A DNA stretch of 64,000 nt, taken from NCBI GenBank assembly GCA_964187785.1, contig OZ076409.1, forward strand, positions 23,934,001 to 23,998,000, read 5' to 3'. Under the pieces are notes generated by a model. That model was not told where the DNA came from. It was given only the letters and a program-made list of their open reading frames with translations, and did no database searches. This stretch comes from Amphiscolops sp. MND2022. Lineage: Eukaryota. Position numbers and translations under genes: made by a program. Shown here piece after piece: positions 63,980 to 64,000 of the stretch; position 1 is the first letter of the stretch; each line of letters starts with the position of its first letter.

Positions 63980-64000
63980 ACTTTCAACCTGAAGAGCAGG

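Overview
Eukaryotic, repeat-dominated window with two 200-N gaps; the species cannot be determined from the sequence. (1) 1-13616: 3' part of an unusually long Ty3/Gypsy LTR retrotransposon. It has a decayed gag-pol joined by a -1 frameshift signal, an intact 8-exon antisense gene (~1104 aa, resembling a catalytically degenerate hAT transposase), a divergent acidic ORF with SIM-like motifs, and a probable ~2.5 kb LTR containing the gag start. (2) 13.6-18.5 kb: two perfect spacerless palindromes, a diverged foldback, tRNA-derived and Helentron-type small repeats, and two probable 3' exons of a host gene. (3) 18827-27832: complete young BEL/Pao element (304-bp LTRs with 3 differences, TTGGC target duplication) with an extra SGNH-hydrolase-like ORF upstream of gag-pol. 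(4) 28240-60516: ~32 kb array of at least 16 heterogeneous non-coding units (1.07, 1.27, 2.0, 2.4, 4.9 kb) joined end to end. Every unit ends in CACC(T/C)AG, ~54 nt after a hairpin whose stem covaries while its loop (AGGACCCTACCC) is conserved, and many units carry a GGGCATGCC hairpin ~54 nt beyond the junction. (5) 60.5-64 kb: two intact minus-strand ORFs, a Cys-cluster protein and a second SGNH-like protein homologous to the BEL extra ORF. All homology calls come from motifs read by eye; no searches were run.
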